This document shows, piece by piece, positions 16,864 through 27,822 of a stretch of 36,852 bases of DNA. The stretch's first letter is position 1. Each line of letters starts with the position of its first letter. Made by a program: the position numbers and the translations under genes. This stretch comes from a bacterium. Lineage in GTDB: Bacteria; Zhuqueibacterota; Zhuqueibacteria; Oceanimicrobiales; Oceanimicrobiaceae. The notes under the pieces were generated by a model, which worked only from the letters and a program-made list of their open reading frames with translations, ran no database searches and was not told the DNA's origin. The stretch covers positions 1-36,852 of the forward strand of contig JBHHXN010000036.1 of assembly GCA_046757025.1 (NCBI GenBank), written 5' to 3'.

Positions 16864-18978
16864 TTATAAATTCAGTGCCTTTTCGGTGGCGGCTAACACC
16901 CGGTTCAAAATGCTTAGAAGCGTCTGCAATTCCTGATTTGCCTGCTGCCAGTCTTTTCGTTCAGCCGCTTCTGCCACACTGGTCAGCGGTTTCGCAGCGT
17001 AGCCGGTATGCAAACCTGGAGCGTAGATTCGGTGTTTAAACCACTTACGACCCGGCAAGCCATTTTGTTCGAGAAAATCTCTTTCGATGTTCATCAAAAT
17101 GGCATTTATTTTTGAGAAATCGTGCCCCTTTGAAATCGCTGTTCGAATCTTTTGTTGCAGCTTTTCACAGGCCTGTTGCCATTTTTGGGCTTTTTCTTTG
17201 GCGGCGCTGAAATCAATTTTGACTTCCATGAATTTTTTCTTAAGCGATTTCTCCAGCTCTTCGATGTGTTCAACAACGGTCGCGGCGTATTGCGTGTATT
17301 CGAATGGAAACACATCGGCCTGAGTGAATCGCAATGCAGTGAGACCGCCGATTTTGGCCATGGCGGCGTGGTACTCAAACGTCGGATCGCCCCAGTTCTG
17401 CATCCAGAAGAAATTGTCCAGGATGGAATGATACACGCCGTAGCGCCCGCCAAATCCCATGCTCAGGCAAGGGATGCCGGCATGTTGCAAAAACGCCGTA
17501 TAATCCGAGCCGCTCCCCAGCCGGCCGATTTTCACGCTGGCGGTGTCCGGCACGGTTTGGTTGAGTTTTTTATATTCTTTTTTATGTAGTCTCTGCCACC
17601 AGCGCGCAAAAACCGTTTCTTTTGTAGTGGGGTCGCGCACTGTTTTTGTCACACTTTGGATGAAATTATCCAGCGACGGCACCGCGCTGGCGCCAAAATT
17701 CGCGCCGGAAACGGCAGAGTCGATATTGATGTACAACACCGCATTTTTAGCCAGCTCGGTTTTGTTGTCTTCCACCCATTCGGTGGAGCCGAGAATGCCG
17801 TACTCTTCGGCGTCCCAGTGCGCTAGAACCAGAGTTCTCTTGGGCTGCCAACCGGATTTAAGCAGCTCGCCGAAACAGCGTCCGATTTCCATGACCGTGG
17901 CGGTGCCGCTGTTGGGATCCACGGCGCCGTAAACCCAGGCGTCGTGATGATTGCCGATGAGGATGAGTTTCTCCGGCTCGACGGCTCCCGGAATGCGGAC
18001 GATGACGTTATAAATGGGTCGAATCTGGTAATCCATTTTGAGCTGCATTTGGACTTTGGCCGGCCCCGGCCCAACATGGTAACGAAATGGCAGGCCGCCC
18101 TGCCAGCCATCCGCCACTTCTTCGCCAGCCAGATTTTGTAAAATTTTCTGCGCGTTGCCGTAAGAAATGGGCAGGGTGGGAATGTTCGCGATGCTCGTTG
18201 CTTCAGCGTGTTTAAGCCGCTTAACGTTTTTTGTGGCGGCGATGCCCGGGGTGAGCGGATCGCCGGGATACTGAAAAATATAGAGCAGACTGCCCCGTTG
18301 GACCGCTTCCGGCGGCCGCATGGGACCGTGTGGATAAAAATCGCCTTTCATGTAACCGTCATCCGCCGGGTCGGAGTAAATGATCAAACCGCTGGCGCCG
18401 CGCTCCTCGGCCACTTTCGCTTTGACGCCGCGAAAGCTGCCGCCGTAGCGCGCCAGAGCGATTTTTCCATCGATCTCTACGCCAAGCTCTTCGAGCTGTG
18501 CGTAATCATCGGGCAGACCTCGATTCACGTACACCACCTGGGCTTGCACGCTTCCTGAAGGTGAGTAGGCGTTGAATGGCAGCACGGCCCGGCTGTCGTA
18601 AGCATCTTTGTCAAACCGCCAGGAAGGCTCGTGCAAATCAAAATGTGACGTGTCCGGTTCGATCAGCGTGAGCGCTACTTGCTCCGGGTAGGGCAGATAA
18701 ACGTGATATTCCACCAATTTGGAGTCCAGTCCCCATTCCTGATATTTAGTGTGAATGTATTCGGCCACGGCTTTGCTTTCCGGACTGCCGGCGATGTGGG
18801 GTTCTTCCGTTAACTTTTTCAAGTACATTTTGGCATTGGCTGCCCGGGGCAAGGTTTGGTACCGCTGTTCAAGTTGGGTCTGCTGAGCTGCCGACTCCGG
18901 AGTAAACCCGGCAATCGATTGTGCAGCCACAGAAAGGGCTGCGGATAAATTCAGCGTTAGCCAGAATAGTATTCGCAT
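16864..18978 (-). CDS. M28 peptidase, glutamate carboxypeptidase II/NAALADase-like (PA domain plus TfR-like dimerisation domain), secreted
   Basis: Signal peptide; PHIAGS, IYSDPADDG, GNHHDAW, DPNSGTA, WDAEEYG, GSGSDY, YHSILD, GLPGRKWFKH. Confidence 0.92.
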   Translation of the reverse strand: MRILFWLTLNLSAALSVAAQSIAGFTPESAAQQTQLEQRYQTLPRAANAKMYLKKLTEEPHIAGSPESKAVAEYIHTKYQEWGLDSKLVEYHVYLPYPEQVALTLIEPDTSHFDLHEPSWRFDKDAYDSRAVLPFNAYSPSGSVQAQVVYVNRGLPDDYAQLEELGVEIDGKIALARYGGSFRGVKAKVAEERGASGLIIYSDPADDGYMKGDFYPHGPMRPPEAVQRGSLLYIFQYPGDPLTPGIAATKNVKRLKHAEATSIANIPTLPISYGNAQKILQNLAGEEVADGWQGGLPFRYHVGPGPAKVQMQLKMDYQIRPIYNVIVRIPGAVEPEKLILIGNHHDAWVYGAVDPNSGTATVMEIGRCFGELLKSGWQPKRTLVLAHWDAEEYGILGSTEWVEDNKTELAKNAVLYINIDSAVSGANFGASAVPSLDNFIQSVTKTVRDPTTKETVFARWWQRLHKKEYKKLNQTVPDTASVKIGRLGSGSDYTAFLQHAGIPCLSMGFGGRYGVYHSILDNFFWMQNWGDPTFEYHAAMAKIGGLTALRFTQADVFPFEYTQYAATVVEHIEELEKSLKKKFMEVKIDFSAAKEKAQKWQQACEKLQQKIRTAISKGHDFSKINAILMNIERDFLEQNGLPGRKWFKHRIYAPGLHTGYAAKPLTSVAEAAERKDWQQANQELQTLLSILNRVLAATEKALNL

Positions 18979-19414
18979 GCTACCTCCGATTGGTCAAAAT
19001 TGGTTTATTTGGGGTTTTTTGTGCTGGAAATGATGCGCTACAATAATACAAGATTGTAGATTAAACAGCAAGCAAAAACTATGGCTGTGGGCATGGATTT
19101 TTGGTCAGATTTTGTAGAAAAGAAGGTGAATGTTTTTTACATTGAGCACCGAAACCGCTGAAAAACACCGAACCGGCAGCAGCTTGATTTATCTAATTCA
19201 CTCAAGTTTCGTATTAGTGTAATCAATGGTTTTTAACGCATTTTTAGCAACCTGAATTCACAAAATTCTTTATTTTAAAGATAGTTACAAATATCCAAAT
19301 CATGAGCATGTCACCATTTATTGAAGAAGTCATTTCTACATCGACTTTTTTCTTTACGACGAAAAAGGCGTTTTACACCTGAGCCAAAGATGATGAAATA
19401 AAAACTTTGATTTT

Positions 19415-19490
19415 AACGCAGAGGCCGCCGAGAGCGCAGAGCGTTTCGCAGAGAGATATTATTCTCTGCGTCCTCAGCGGCCTCTGTAGT
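19415..19490. repeat. Inverted repeat built from CGCAGAG units
   Basis: CGCAGAGGCCGCCGAGAGCGCAGAG (19417-19441) vs CTCTGCGTCCTCAGCGGCCTCTGTA (19464-19488). Confidence 0.8.
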
Positions 19491-19528
19491 ATTATCAGTA
19501 AAGTTTTGCAAAAAAATGCAAAAAAATA

Positions 19529-19676
19529 GAACACGGATTTAACGGATCTGAACGGATTGGATTTAACGGAATGGGTCGAAGTCAGTGGAATGTGTATTGT
19601 GTGGCTCATGATTTTTTTTGGTTTTCATCTAAGACCAAATCCGTGTAAATCCGTTCTATCCGTTAAATCTGTGTTC
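19529..19676. repeat. Inverted arrays of ACGGAT-containing 9-mers
   Basis: GAACACGGATTTAACGGATCTGAACGGATT (from 19529) vs AAATCCGTGTAAATCCGTTCTATCCGTTAAATCTGTGTTC (19637-19676). Confidence 0.8.
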
Positions 19677-19731
19677 CATTCATTTGCGGCTTCGCCGCGC
19701 TGGGTTAAATAGAAAAGTTAGAATGTGTAAT

Positions 19732-19869
19732 TAGTGTCTGAACGAAAGCCTCCTGGCCGAGGGTGAATTCCTGCCTCGCTCGGGGGGCTGTCCTTAGCTT
19801 GTCGAAGGGACGTCTTCGCGAAGAGGTTTTTTTAAATCGCGCATTTCGTGAGTTTTCGTTCAGACAATA
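19732..19869. mobile_element. MITE-like element of the same TAGTG-ended type as 7260-7407
   Basis: TAGTGTCTGAACGAAA (19732-19747) vs TTTCGTTCAGACAATA (19854-19869), one mismatch; contains CCTTAGCTTGTCGAAGGG. Confidence 0.7.
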
Positions 19870-20019
19870 ACTCATAGCCAACGGCTAATAGCGAATCGCT
19901 CAATAGAGGTTAAAATTATTTTCCCTTAATCATTTTGCCTTTTTGGTTGCGGTTCCACCGGGTTAAAAATAATGCAGGTTGAAAATATTGTCACAAAAAA
20001 GTTATTTCATAAAAATAAC

Positions 20020-20047
20020 TTGACAAAGTCCGATGGTATATTAAATT
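20020..20047 (+). promoter_or_regulatory. sigma70-type promoter of the fadR operon
   Basis: TTGACA (20020-20025)-N16-TAAATT (20042-20047). Confidence 0.6.
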
Positions 20048-20067
20048 ATGAATGAATATTCATTCAT
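20048..20067. promoter_or_regulatory. FadR (TetR) operator, perfect 20-bp palindrome
   Basis: ATGAATGAATATTCATTCAT; fits the Bacillus FadR/YsiA box TGAATGANTANTCATTCA; abuts the -10 element. Confidence 0.85.
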
Positions 20068-20134
20068 TTTATGAAATATTTCTCTGCGCCCATCTGTTAT
20101 ACCAGGTAATTATTATTACGAGAATCGAATTTCC

Positions 20135-20722
20135 ATGCCAGTAAAAGAAGACAAAAGAAGCCGCATCCTGAAAGCCGCAGTCAAGGTATTTGCCCAAAAA
20201 GGCTTTTACAACTCCAAAGTAGCCGATATCGCAAAAAATGCTCAAGTGGCGGACGGCACCATTTATCTCTATTTTAAAAATAAGGACGACATTCTGATTT
20301 CGATTTTCGAAGAAGAGATGGGTGAATTTATCACGCGAACCAAATTGGAAATTGCCCGAGAGCACGATCTCATCGCAAAGCTCGAGAAGTTCATCCACAC
20401 ACATTTGAATTTTGTCAAAAAAAATCCGAAATTGGCACAGGTTTTTCAGCTCGAGCTCAGGCAGAGCAATCGCTTTATCAAGGAATACACCGGCTCCAAG
20501 CTCAAAGAGTATTTGAATTTGATCGGCGATTTGATCGTGGAAGGTCAGAATCAGGCGATTTTTCGGTCGGATATTCATCCGGGCCTGGTGAAACGCGCCT
20601 TGTTCGGCGCCCTGGATGAAATCGCCACGCACTGGGTGTTACTAAAAAATGGCAAATATGATCTGGAGCAGTCCGCCCACCAAATTGCTGAAATTTTTAT
20701 TCGAGGCGTGGCGGCCCCGTAA
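20135..20722 (+). CDS. fadR: TetR-family regulator, Bacillus FadR(YsiA)-like
   Basis: KRSRILKAAVKVFAQKGF..VADGTIYLYFKNKDDILISIFEE; QLELRQS; upstream of beta-oxidation genes. Confidence 0.85.
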   Translation: MPVKEDKRSRILKAAVKVFAQKGFYNSKVADIAKNAQVADGTIYLYFKNKDDILISIFEEEMGEFITRTKLEIAREHDLIAKLEKFIHTHLNFVKKNPKLAQVFQLELRQSNRFIKEYTGSKLKEYLNLIGDLIVEGQNQAIFRSDIHPGLVKRALFGALDEIATHWVLLKNGKYDLEQSAHQIAEIFIRGVAAP

Positions 20723-20842
20723 AAACCGCATTTGAATTATCGAAAGAGCGGCCATAAATCCGCTGTAAAAATTTAATAGGAATATCTGCATGGAACGGTT
20801 CAGAGTACACAATTTTATTCAAACAGGGGAGGTTTAAAGACC

Positions 20843-23071
20843 ATGGAAGAAGTAGCAAATCAAGAAATAAAATCCCAGGTTGATTCCGTACAAAAATCAG
20901 ATAAAAACGGTGCTTTTCGTTTGGAGGTTCGTGAAAACGGGGTGGCCTTTTTGATTTTTGATGTGCCCGGCGAAAAAGTGAATATCTTGTCGTCTGAAGT
21001 GATGACGGAATTAAATGATTGGCTGGAAGAGTTAAAATCCAAGGCAGGTATCAGCGCCCTGGTTTTTTTGAGCGGCAAAGAAGACAATTTTATCGCCGGC
21101 GCCGACGTTGCCGAGATCAAGGATGTGTACGACCCGGCTGAAGGCGCTGAGAAAGCCCGCAAGGGGCAGGCGATTTTTCAGAAGATTCACGATTTGCCCT
21201 TTCCCGTGGTCGCAGCGATTCAGGGCGCCTGCGTGGGTGGCGGACTGGAGCTGGCGCTGGCCTGCCATTTCCGAATCGCCAAAGTGCACCCAAAAACCAA
21301 AATCGGTTTGCCGGAAGTGCGATTGGGTATTCTTCCCGGTTTCGGCGGTACCCAGCGACTGCCTCGTCTAATCGGCATTCAGCGCGCCCTAAAGCTCATT
21401 CTCACCGGCAAACTCGTAGATGCAAAATGGGCCGGTAAGTTAGGCATCGTGGACAAAGTGCTGCCGGTGGACTACCCATTTTCTTTCATGAAAGCCGCAG
21501 CCGAGGAATTTGCCTACAACATGCAGCGAAAATTTGCCCGGTCGGCTTACGAAAAAAAGCGCAACGCCAAAAAACTGCACGCCCTGCTTCTGGAAAGCAA
21601 TCCCTTCGGTCGGAAAATTTTATTTGAACAGGCCAAAAAACAAGCTTTGCGCACCACCCGCGGCCATTATCCTGCGCCGCTGAAAGCGCTGGAAGCCGTG
21701 CAAAAAGGCATTGAACTGCCGCTACAGGAAGGATTGGAAGTGGAAGCCCGGCTCTTAGGTGAGCTGATCGCTACCGAAGAGAGCAAAAATCTGATTTCTC
21801 TGTACTATCTCAACGAAGCCCTCAAAAAAGACGCCGGGGTAGATAAGGTCAAGCAGGAAGTGAGGGAAATCAAAAATGTCGCGCTGCTGGGAGCCGGCGT
21901 CATGGGCGGCGGCATCGCCCAGTATCTGGCAGATCATGAGTTTGCCATTCGCATGAAGGACATCAACGAAGAAGCCGTAAACGTAGGGCTCAAGCGAGCG
22001 CGGCAAATATTTCAAAAAGCGCTGGATAAGAAAAAGATCAACTCTCGTGAAATGCAAAGGAAATGGTCCCTGATTTCCGGAACCACGGATTATTCCGGCT
22101 TCAGTCAACTGGATTTCGTGATCGAAGCCATTGTCGAAAATCTGGAGATTAAAAAAGCCGTGTTTTCTGAAGTGGAAGAAAAGGTGAAAGATTCCACCAT
22201 TTTGGCCTCCAACACCTCTTCGCTTTCCATCACCGAAATTGCCTCTGCGGTAAAAAAGCCGGAACGCGTCATCGGCTTTCACTTTTTCAATCCCGTACAC
22301 CGCATGCCGCTGGTTGAAATTATTCGCGGGGAAAAGACTTCAGATGAAACCACCATCACCACCGTGGCCTTTGCCAAACGAATGGGGAAAATTCCCATCG
22401 TGGTTAAAAACAGTCCGGGCTTTTTAGTCAACCGCATTCTGGCGCCTTACATCAACGAAGCCACGCTGATGGTGGAAGAAGGCGCCAAGATCGACGCCAT
22501 CGACCGCGCCATGCTGGATTTCGGTATGCCCATGGGCCCGTTGAATCTGCTGGATGAAGTGGGTATCGACGTGGGTTACAAAGTCGCGAAAATTATGCAG
22601 AAAGCCTTCACGGAGCGCGTGACGCCCTCAAAAGTCATCGCCCGAGTGAACGAGGATGGCCGCTTGGGTAAAAAAGGCGGCAAGGGATTTTACATTTATG
22701 AAGGAAAAAACAAGATTGTGGACCACGCGGTTTATGGATTGCTTAAAGATTTGATCCGGCAGGACACGGAACTTTCGCAGCAGGATATGCAGAATCGCCT
22801 GATTTTTGTGATGCTCAAAGAAGCGGTGCTCTGTTTGGAAGAAGAGATTGTTCGACGCCCTCGGGATGTGGATGCGGGGATGATATTTGGCACCGGTTTT
22901 CCGCCGTTTCGGGGCGGCTTGCTGAAATACGCCGATTCACTGGGGCTTACCACCTGCGTTGAAAGGATGCTTGATTTACAAAAGCAATTTGGCGACCGAT
23001 TCGAGCCGCCGTGTCTGCTGCAAAAGATGGCAGAGAAAAATGCCAAATTTTATGAGAACGATAAAAATTAA
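20843..23071 (+). CDS. fadJ: Fatty-acid oxidation multifunctional enzyme alpha subunit (enoyl-CoA hydratase/3-hydroxyacyl-CoA dehydrogenase)
   Basis: [74 protein letters not shown]. Confidence 0.9.
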   Translation: MEEVANQEIKSQVDSVQKSDKNGAFRLEVRENGVAFLIFDVPGEKVNILSSEVMTELNDWLEELKSKAGISALVFLSGKEDNFIAGADVAEIKDVYDPAEGAEKARKGQAIFQKIHDLPFPVVAAIQGACVGGGLELALACHFRIAKVHPKTKIGLPEVRLGILPGFGGTQRLPRLIGIQRALKLILTGKLVDAKWAGKLGIVDKVLPVDYPFSFMKAAAEEFAYNMQRKFARSAYEKKRNAKKLHALLLESNPFGRKILFEQAKKQALRTTRGHYPAPLKALEAVQKGIELPLQEGLEVEARLLGELIATEESKNLISLYYLNEALKKDAGVDKVKQEVREIKNVALLGAGVMGGGIAQYLADHEFAIRMKDINEEAVNVGLKRARQIFQKALDKKKINSREMQRKWSLISGTTDYSGFSQLDFVIEAIVENLEIKKAVFSEVEEKVKDSTILASNTSSLSITEIASAVKKPERVIGFHFFNPVHRMPLVEIIRGEKTSDETTITTVAFAKRMGKIPIVVKNSPGFLVNRILAPYINEATLMVEEGAKIDAIDRAMLDFGMPMGPLNLLDEVGIDVGYKVAKIMQKAFTERVTPSKVIARVNEDGRLGKKGGKGFYIYEGKNKIVDHAVYGLLKDLIRQDTELSQQDMQNRLIFVMLKEAVLCLEEEIVRRPRDVDAGMIFGTGFPPFRGGLLKYADSLGLTTCVERMLDLQKQFGDRFEPPCLLQKMAEKNAKFYENDKN

Positions 23072-23098
23072 ATAATAAGGATATTTAAGGAGAAAGCA

Positions 23099-24835
23099 AT
23101 GGCCAATAATATCAAAAACAACAATAGTTTCTCCAAATGCTTGTTTGCAGGAAGCATCGAACAACGTCTTATTTTCCCATTTCCGAAAATAGATGAAGAA
23201 GAAGCCTCCAATTTAAAGCTCATCCTCGACAGCATCCGGCAATTTGCCAAAGATCACATCGATTCCGCTGCCATCGATCGGCAGGAAGAAATCCCCAAAG
23301 AAGTCATCGAAGGGCTGGCCGAACTGGGTCTTTTCGGCATGTCCATTCCGGAAGAATACGGCGGATACGGATTTTCTGCTACAGCCTACAACCGCGTGTT
23401 TGAAGAAATCTCAGGACTCGATGCTTCGTTAGCGGTGACGCTGGGCGGCCATCAATCCATCGGCTTGAAAGCCCTGCTGCTGCACGGAAGCGAAGAACAG
23501 AAAAAAAAGTACCTGCCCAAGCTGGCATCGGGCGAGTGGCTGGCCGCGTTTGCCCTCACCGAACCCGGCGCCGGCTCGGACGCCGCGGGCATTCAATCCA
23601 CCGCCATTCTCGACGCCGCGGACGGCCATTATACTTTGAACGGCAATAAAATTTGGATCACCAACGGCGGTCTGGCTGATTTTTTCACCGTGTTCGCCAA
23701 AACACCGGTAGGCGAAACCGGCGAAAAGAAAATCACCGCTTTCATTGTCACCCGCGACATGGAGGGCTTTTCTTCCGGCAAAGAGGAAGAAAAGCTCGGA
23801 ATTCACGGTTCTTCAACCACGGAGATCAATTTTGATAACGTGAAAGTGCCGGTGGAAAACGTCATCGGACCGGTGGGCAAAGGCTTCAAGGTCGCCATGG
23901 AAGTGTTAAACTCCGGCCGCCTGGGATTGGCTGCGGGCAGCGTCGGAGGCATGAAAAAACTCATCGCCATGAGTGTGGATTATGCCAAAAACCGCAAACA
24001 GTTCAACACCGCTATCGCAGATTTTGAAATGATTCAGGATAAAATCAGCAGCATGGTGGTGGAAACTTTTGCCGTGGAAAGTATGGTGTATTTAACCACG
24101 GGTCTCATCGACCGTGGCGATGTGGATTATTCGGTTGAATCGGCGATATGCAAACTCTATGCTTCGGAGGCGCTGTGGCGCACAGTGAACGAAGCCATGC
24201 AGATCGCCGGTGGTCTGGGTTACAGCAAGGAATATCCTTACGAACGCGCTCTGCGGGATTCCAGAATCAATCTGATTTTTGAAGGCACCAACGAAGTGCT
24301 GCGGCTGTTCGTGGCGCTGGCCGGCATGCAGGAACACGGCGAATATTTGAAACGCGTGGGCAAAGCCCTGCAGAATCCCTTGAACGAGCTGGGCGTGCTC
24401 ACCGATTATGCCATACACCGAATCAAAGATCGCGTGTCCACCGAACGACTGAGCGAGGTTCACGAAGCTCTGAGTGAGGAAGCCGGCAAATTTGAGGAAT
24501 ACGCCAAAGAGCTGCATCTTTCTGTGGAAAAAGTGCTTGCACGCTATCGTAAAGAGATCATTCATCAGGAATTTATCTTGCACCGACTGGCGGATATGAG
24601 CATGGAGCTGTTTGCCATGGCCGCGGTGATTTCACGCGTGGACGCGCTACTCAAAGAAAAGGGTCCTGACAAAACAGGCAGAGAGCTCACCATCGCCCGA
24701 ACATTTTGTGAGCAGGCCTGGCGCAAGATTCGCCGTAATGCCCGGCAAATCGATAACAACATCGATCCCTGGCGTAAAGAAATAGCCGTGAGCACCTATG
24801 AAACCAATGGCTATGTTCTTGATCTGATCGCTTAA
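23099..24835 (+). CDS. Acyl-CoA dehydrogenase (ACAD9/VLCAD-like long form)
   Basis: HQSIGLK, FALTEPGAGSDA, LNGNKIWITNGG, KLGIHGS, RDSRINLIFEGTNEV; C-terminal extension. Confidence 0.92.
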   Translation: MANNIKNNNSFSKCLFAGSIEQRLIFPFPKIDEEEASNLKLILDSIRQFAKDHIDSAAIDRQEEIPKEVIEGLAELGLFGMSIPEEYGGYGFSATAYNRVFEEISGLDASLAVTLGGHQSIGLKALLLHGSEEQKKKYLPKLASGEWLAAFALTEPGAGSDAAGIQSTAILDAADGHYTLNGNKIWITNGGLADFFTVFAKTPVGETGEKKITAFIVTRDMEGFSSGKEEEKLGIHGSSTTEINFDNVKVPVENVIGPVGKGFKVAMEVLNSGRLGLAAGSVGGMKKLIAMSVDYAKNRKQFNTAIADFEMIQDKISSMVVETFAVESMVYLTTGLIDRGDVDYSVESAICKLYASEALWRTVNEAMQIAGGLGYSKEYPYERALRDSRINLIFEGTNEVLRLFVALAGMQEHGEYLKRVGKALQNPLNELGVLTDYAIHRIKDRVSTERLSEVHEALSEEAGKFEEYAKELHLSVEKVLARYRKEIIHQEFILHRLADMSMELFAMAAVISRVDALLKEKGPDKTGRELTIARTFCEQAWRKIRRNARQIDNNIDPWRKEIAVSTYETNGYVLDLIA

Positions 24836-24842
24836 AAAAATG

Positions 24843-24870
24843 TTGACTTCATGGCGAGATATATTAAATT
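24843..24870 (+). promoter_or_regulatory. Candidate sigma70 promoter upstream of etfBA
   Basis: TTGACT-N16-TAAATT, with the same TATATTAAATT context as the fadR promoter. Confidence 0.4.
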
Positions 24871-25242
24871 TCGTGTTACTATTCAACCTGTCATTCCCCG
24901 CCATTGTTTTCGCATCAGCGTGGAACTTTTATTTGACAGGATAACAGGATTTTCAGGATTTACTGGATTACATTCAACTTCGAGTTAATCAGAACATTAA
25001 ATCATTTGTCCATTTACCAAAGTTGGTTTTAGAGTGAGCAAAAATATCCTGAAAGGAAATTTAAAATATTTTTTATTAAACGTAATATTTCGAAGTGAAA
25101 TATTTTAATGTAAATCAATTTTGTTCGATAAAAACTCGATTCCAAGAGATTATGATTTAATTACTGTACTAGGATGAGTTGGTTCATCATTAAACTAAAA
25201 ATTAAGGGATAAATTTATCATCAAAAATTGAAGGAGCAAAAA

Positions 25243-26031
25243 GTGAATATTATCGTTTGCATGAAGCAAGTTCCTGTGAAAGATTCTTTACTGAAAATCA
25301 AAGAGGATAGCAGCTGGATTCACGAATCCGACCTCAATTATGAGATCAACGAAAGCGACCATTATGCGCTGGAAGAAGCCTTGCGTCTGAAAGAAAAGCA
25401 TGACGGCGAAGTGGTGATTTTGTGCATGGGGCCGGAGCGCGTAAAAGAGGCTATTAAACAAGGCTTGGCCAAAGGGGCGGACCGGGCGATTCATATCAAC
25501 AACGAGAGCTTTACCAGTCTGGATCCCATCGTGAATGCGGGCATCTTGACCGCGGCTATCAAACAAGAACAGTTCGATTTGGTTCTGACCGGGCTGCAGA
25601 CGGACGACTACGGTTCCGCTCAGACCGGTGTGATCATGGCGGAAATGCTGCAGGTACCCCATGCCTCCATCGTCATGGAAATCCAGAAACAGAACGGCAG
25701 CATCAAAGTCAAGCGTGAGCTGGAAAGTGGATGGTTTCAATGGGTGGAGCTGCCCACGCCGGCGCTGTTGACCATTCAATCGGGCATCAACCAGATTCGC
25801 TACGCCACCATCAAAGGCATCATGATGGCCAAGAAAAAAGAGATCAAAACTCCGAGCTTGAGCGATCTCGGTCTTTCGGAAAGCGACGTTAAAAACGGCG
25901 GTACGGGTTTAAAATTTCACAAAATTTACATTCCAGAAAAAACCAAGCAAACCGAAATTATCGAAGGCGAACCGAAAGAAGTGGCTCAAAAATTGGCCGA
26001 CAAATTGAAAAACGAAGCGAAAGTATTTTGA
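25243..26031 (+). CDS. etfB: Electron transfer flavoprotein beta subunit
   Basis: IIVCMKQVP, ALEEALRLKE, AKGADRAIHI, RELESG, RYATIKGIMMAKKK; GTG at 25243 after aaggag. Confidence 0.93.
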   Translation: MNIIVCMKQVPVKDSLLKIKEDSSWIHESDLNYEINESDHYALEEALRLKEKHDGEVVILCMGPERVKEAIKQGLAKGADRAIHINNESFTSLDPIVNAGILTAAIKQEQFDLVLTGLQTDDYGSAQTGVIMAEMLQVPHASIVMEIQKQNGSIKVKRELESGWFQWVELPTPALLTIQSGINQIRYATIKGIMMAKKKEIKTPSLSDLGLSESDVKNGGTGLKFHKIYIPEKTKQTEIIEGEPKEVAQKLADKLKNEAKVF

Positions 26032-26115
26032 GGCGTTGCGGCGTTTAAAATGCATCTACATGGACAAATAATTGAATTTAGAATTTGAAAAATAGATCTT
26101 TAAGGAGAGCATTTT

Positions 26116-27102
26116 ATGAGTGGAAATATCATGATCGTGGCTGAACAAAGGGATGGTTCGTTGAACCGATCAACCTGGGAAGCGGTGGTGGCTGGACAAA
26201 AATTAGGCAATGAATTTGGCAAAGAAGTGTCGGTCTTGATTCTCGGAAACAACATTAACAGCCTGGCAGAAGAAGTGGCCGCCAAAGGCGTCAAAGAAGT
26301 TTTGGTAGCGGACGATGCCAAGCTTGGCGACTACACCTCCGACGGTTTTAGCGGGGCCATCAAGCAGGTTATCGAAAAAGAGCAACCCGAGTATGTGTTA
26401 TTTAGCCATACTTACATGGTGCGTGATTACGTGCCCAAGTTGTCGGCGATGTTGAACAAGGCATTGATCAGCGACTGCACCCGCTTTAAAATTGAAAACG
26501 GAACGCCGATTTTTGTGCGGCAGGTTTTTCAGGGCAAAATCGACGCAGATTTTTCATTTGAAGGCGACGGTCCGTATTTGGTCAGCTTTCAGGTGGGCGC
26601 CTTCAATCCCGACGAGCTGGATACTAGCGCCGGCGCGGGCAGCGTGCGCCAGGCAGAAATTGCCATGGACGGGGTCGAAGTGCGTTCGAAAGTGCTGGAG
26701 ATTTTTGAAGGGGTGAAACAAGAGGTGGACCTGAGCAAAGCCGAAAGAATTGTGTCGGTGGGGCGCGGAATCAAAAAGCAGGAAAACATGGAACTGATCG
26801 AGCAACTGGCCAAGGCATTGGACGCCGAGATCGCGGCTTCCAGGCCCGTGTGCGACGACGGCTGGCTGCCGCTCGACCGGCAGATCGGCAGCTCCGGTCA
26901 AACCGTGGCGCCAAAACTTTATCTGGCGGTGGGTATTTCCGGAGCCATCCAGCACATCGTCGGGATGAAGAACTCCGGCACCATCGTGGCTATCAACAAA
27001 GATCCGCACGCACCGATATTCGATATTGCGGATTACGGCGTAGTGGGAGATCTGTTCGAGATTCTGCCGGATCTCACCGTGGCCATTAACGAACTCAAAT
27101 AA
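26116..27102 (+). CDS. etfA: Electron transfer flavoprotein alpha subunit
   Basis: [50 protein letters not shown]. Confidence 0.95.
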   Translation: MSGNIMIVAEQRDGSLNRSTWEAVVAGQKLGNEFGKEVSVLILGNNINSLAEEVAAKGVKEVLVADDAKLGDYTSDGFSGAIKQVIEKEQPEYVLFSHTYMVRDYVPKLSAMLNKALISDCTRFKIENGTPIFVRQVFQGKIDADFSFEGDGPYLVSFQVGAFNPDELDTSAGAGSVRQAEIAMDGVEVRSKVLEIFEGVKQEVDLSKAERIVSVGRGIKKQENMELIEQLAKALDAEIAASRPVCDDGWLPLDRQIGSSGQTVAPKLYLAVGISGAIQHIVGMKNSGTIVAINKDPHAPIFDIADYGVVGDLFEILPDLTVAINELK

Positions 27103-27122
27103 TCACAAAAAGGAAGTTTTTT

Positions 27123-27650
27123 ATGGAACGGAGAATCCTGAATCGAAAGTCCATCCTGATATGGGCTGTCGGCTGCGCATTGATGTTTAATTGTGCCTCC
27201 TCTGAAAAAGTGACCAGGCCGGCCTCGGAAAGCGAAAAAATTAAGAACTTTGAGCTGATGCAGGAGGATTTTGATCCCCTCACTCTAAAAGAAGAGGATA
27301 TTCAAATTGACGAGTTGGAGCAACTGGGGGCTCGATACGAAGATGAGCCGGTGACCACTGATGTCACTATCGAAGACAGTCTGGTCACAGGTTACCGCAT
27401 TCAGCTCATTCAAACCACGGATCCCGACGAAGCCAAAAATGTGCAAAAAGAAGCCCTTTTGCGCTTTCAGGATGATGTTTACCGCGTCTTTGATCCGCCT
27501 TTCTACAAAGTACGGGTGGGGGATTATCTGAATTGGTTTGATGCGGAAAAAATTCAGAAATTAGCTTTACAGAAGGGCTTTCGGGAAGCCTGGGTCATCC
27601 GCACAAAAGTGAATTTAAAAAAAGCCAGCAAATGGATCGATGAATATTAA
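27123..27650 (+). CDS. SPOR-domain lipoprotein
   Basis: Signal peptide with Cys; C-terminal GYRIQL..PPFYKVRVGDY..GFREAWV. Confidence 0.8.
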   Translation: MERRILNRKSILIWAVGCALMFNCASSEKVTRPASESEKIKNFELMQEDFDPLTLKEEDIQIDELEQLGARYEDEPVTTDVTIEDSLVTGYRIQLIQTTDPDEAKNVQKEALLRFQDDVYRVFDPPFYKVRVGDYLNWFDAEKIQKLALQKGFREAWVIRTKVNLKKASKWIDEY

Positions 27651-27822
27651 GGTCAAATCGATTTGAAAAGTCGCTGCTTGCAATCTTCGATCTGAGCCAC
27701 AAGTAAAGTAGGGAATACGGCATTGGAATGATTCTTTATTTTTTATTGCAAGCGTAAAAAAATGACGGACCCCGGCTTTGAATTCAATTCATTGCGACTT
27801 AGTTTTAGGATGGATTCAATGT

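Noticed and set aside
19373..19609. 78-aa minus-strand ORF
   Set aside because: Runs through inverted repeats (SVKSNPFRSVKSV, LCETLCALGGLCV are repeat translations).
25173..25188. GATGAGTTGGTTCATC as a second FadR box before etfB
   Set aside because: Half-site spacing is two bases longer than in the box at 20048 and the flanks match poorly.
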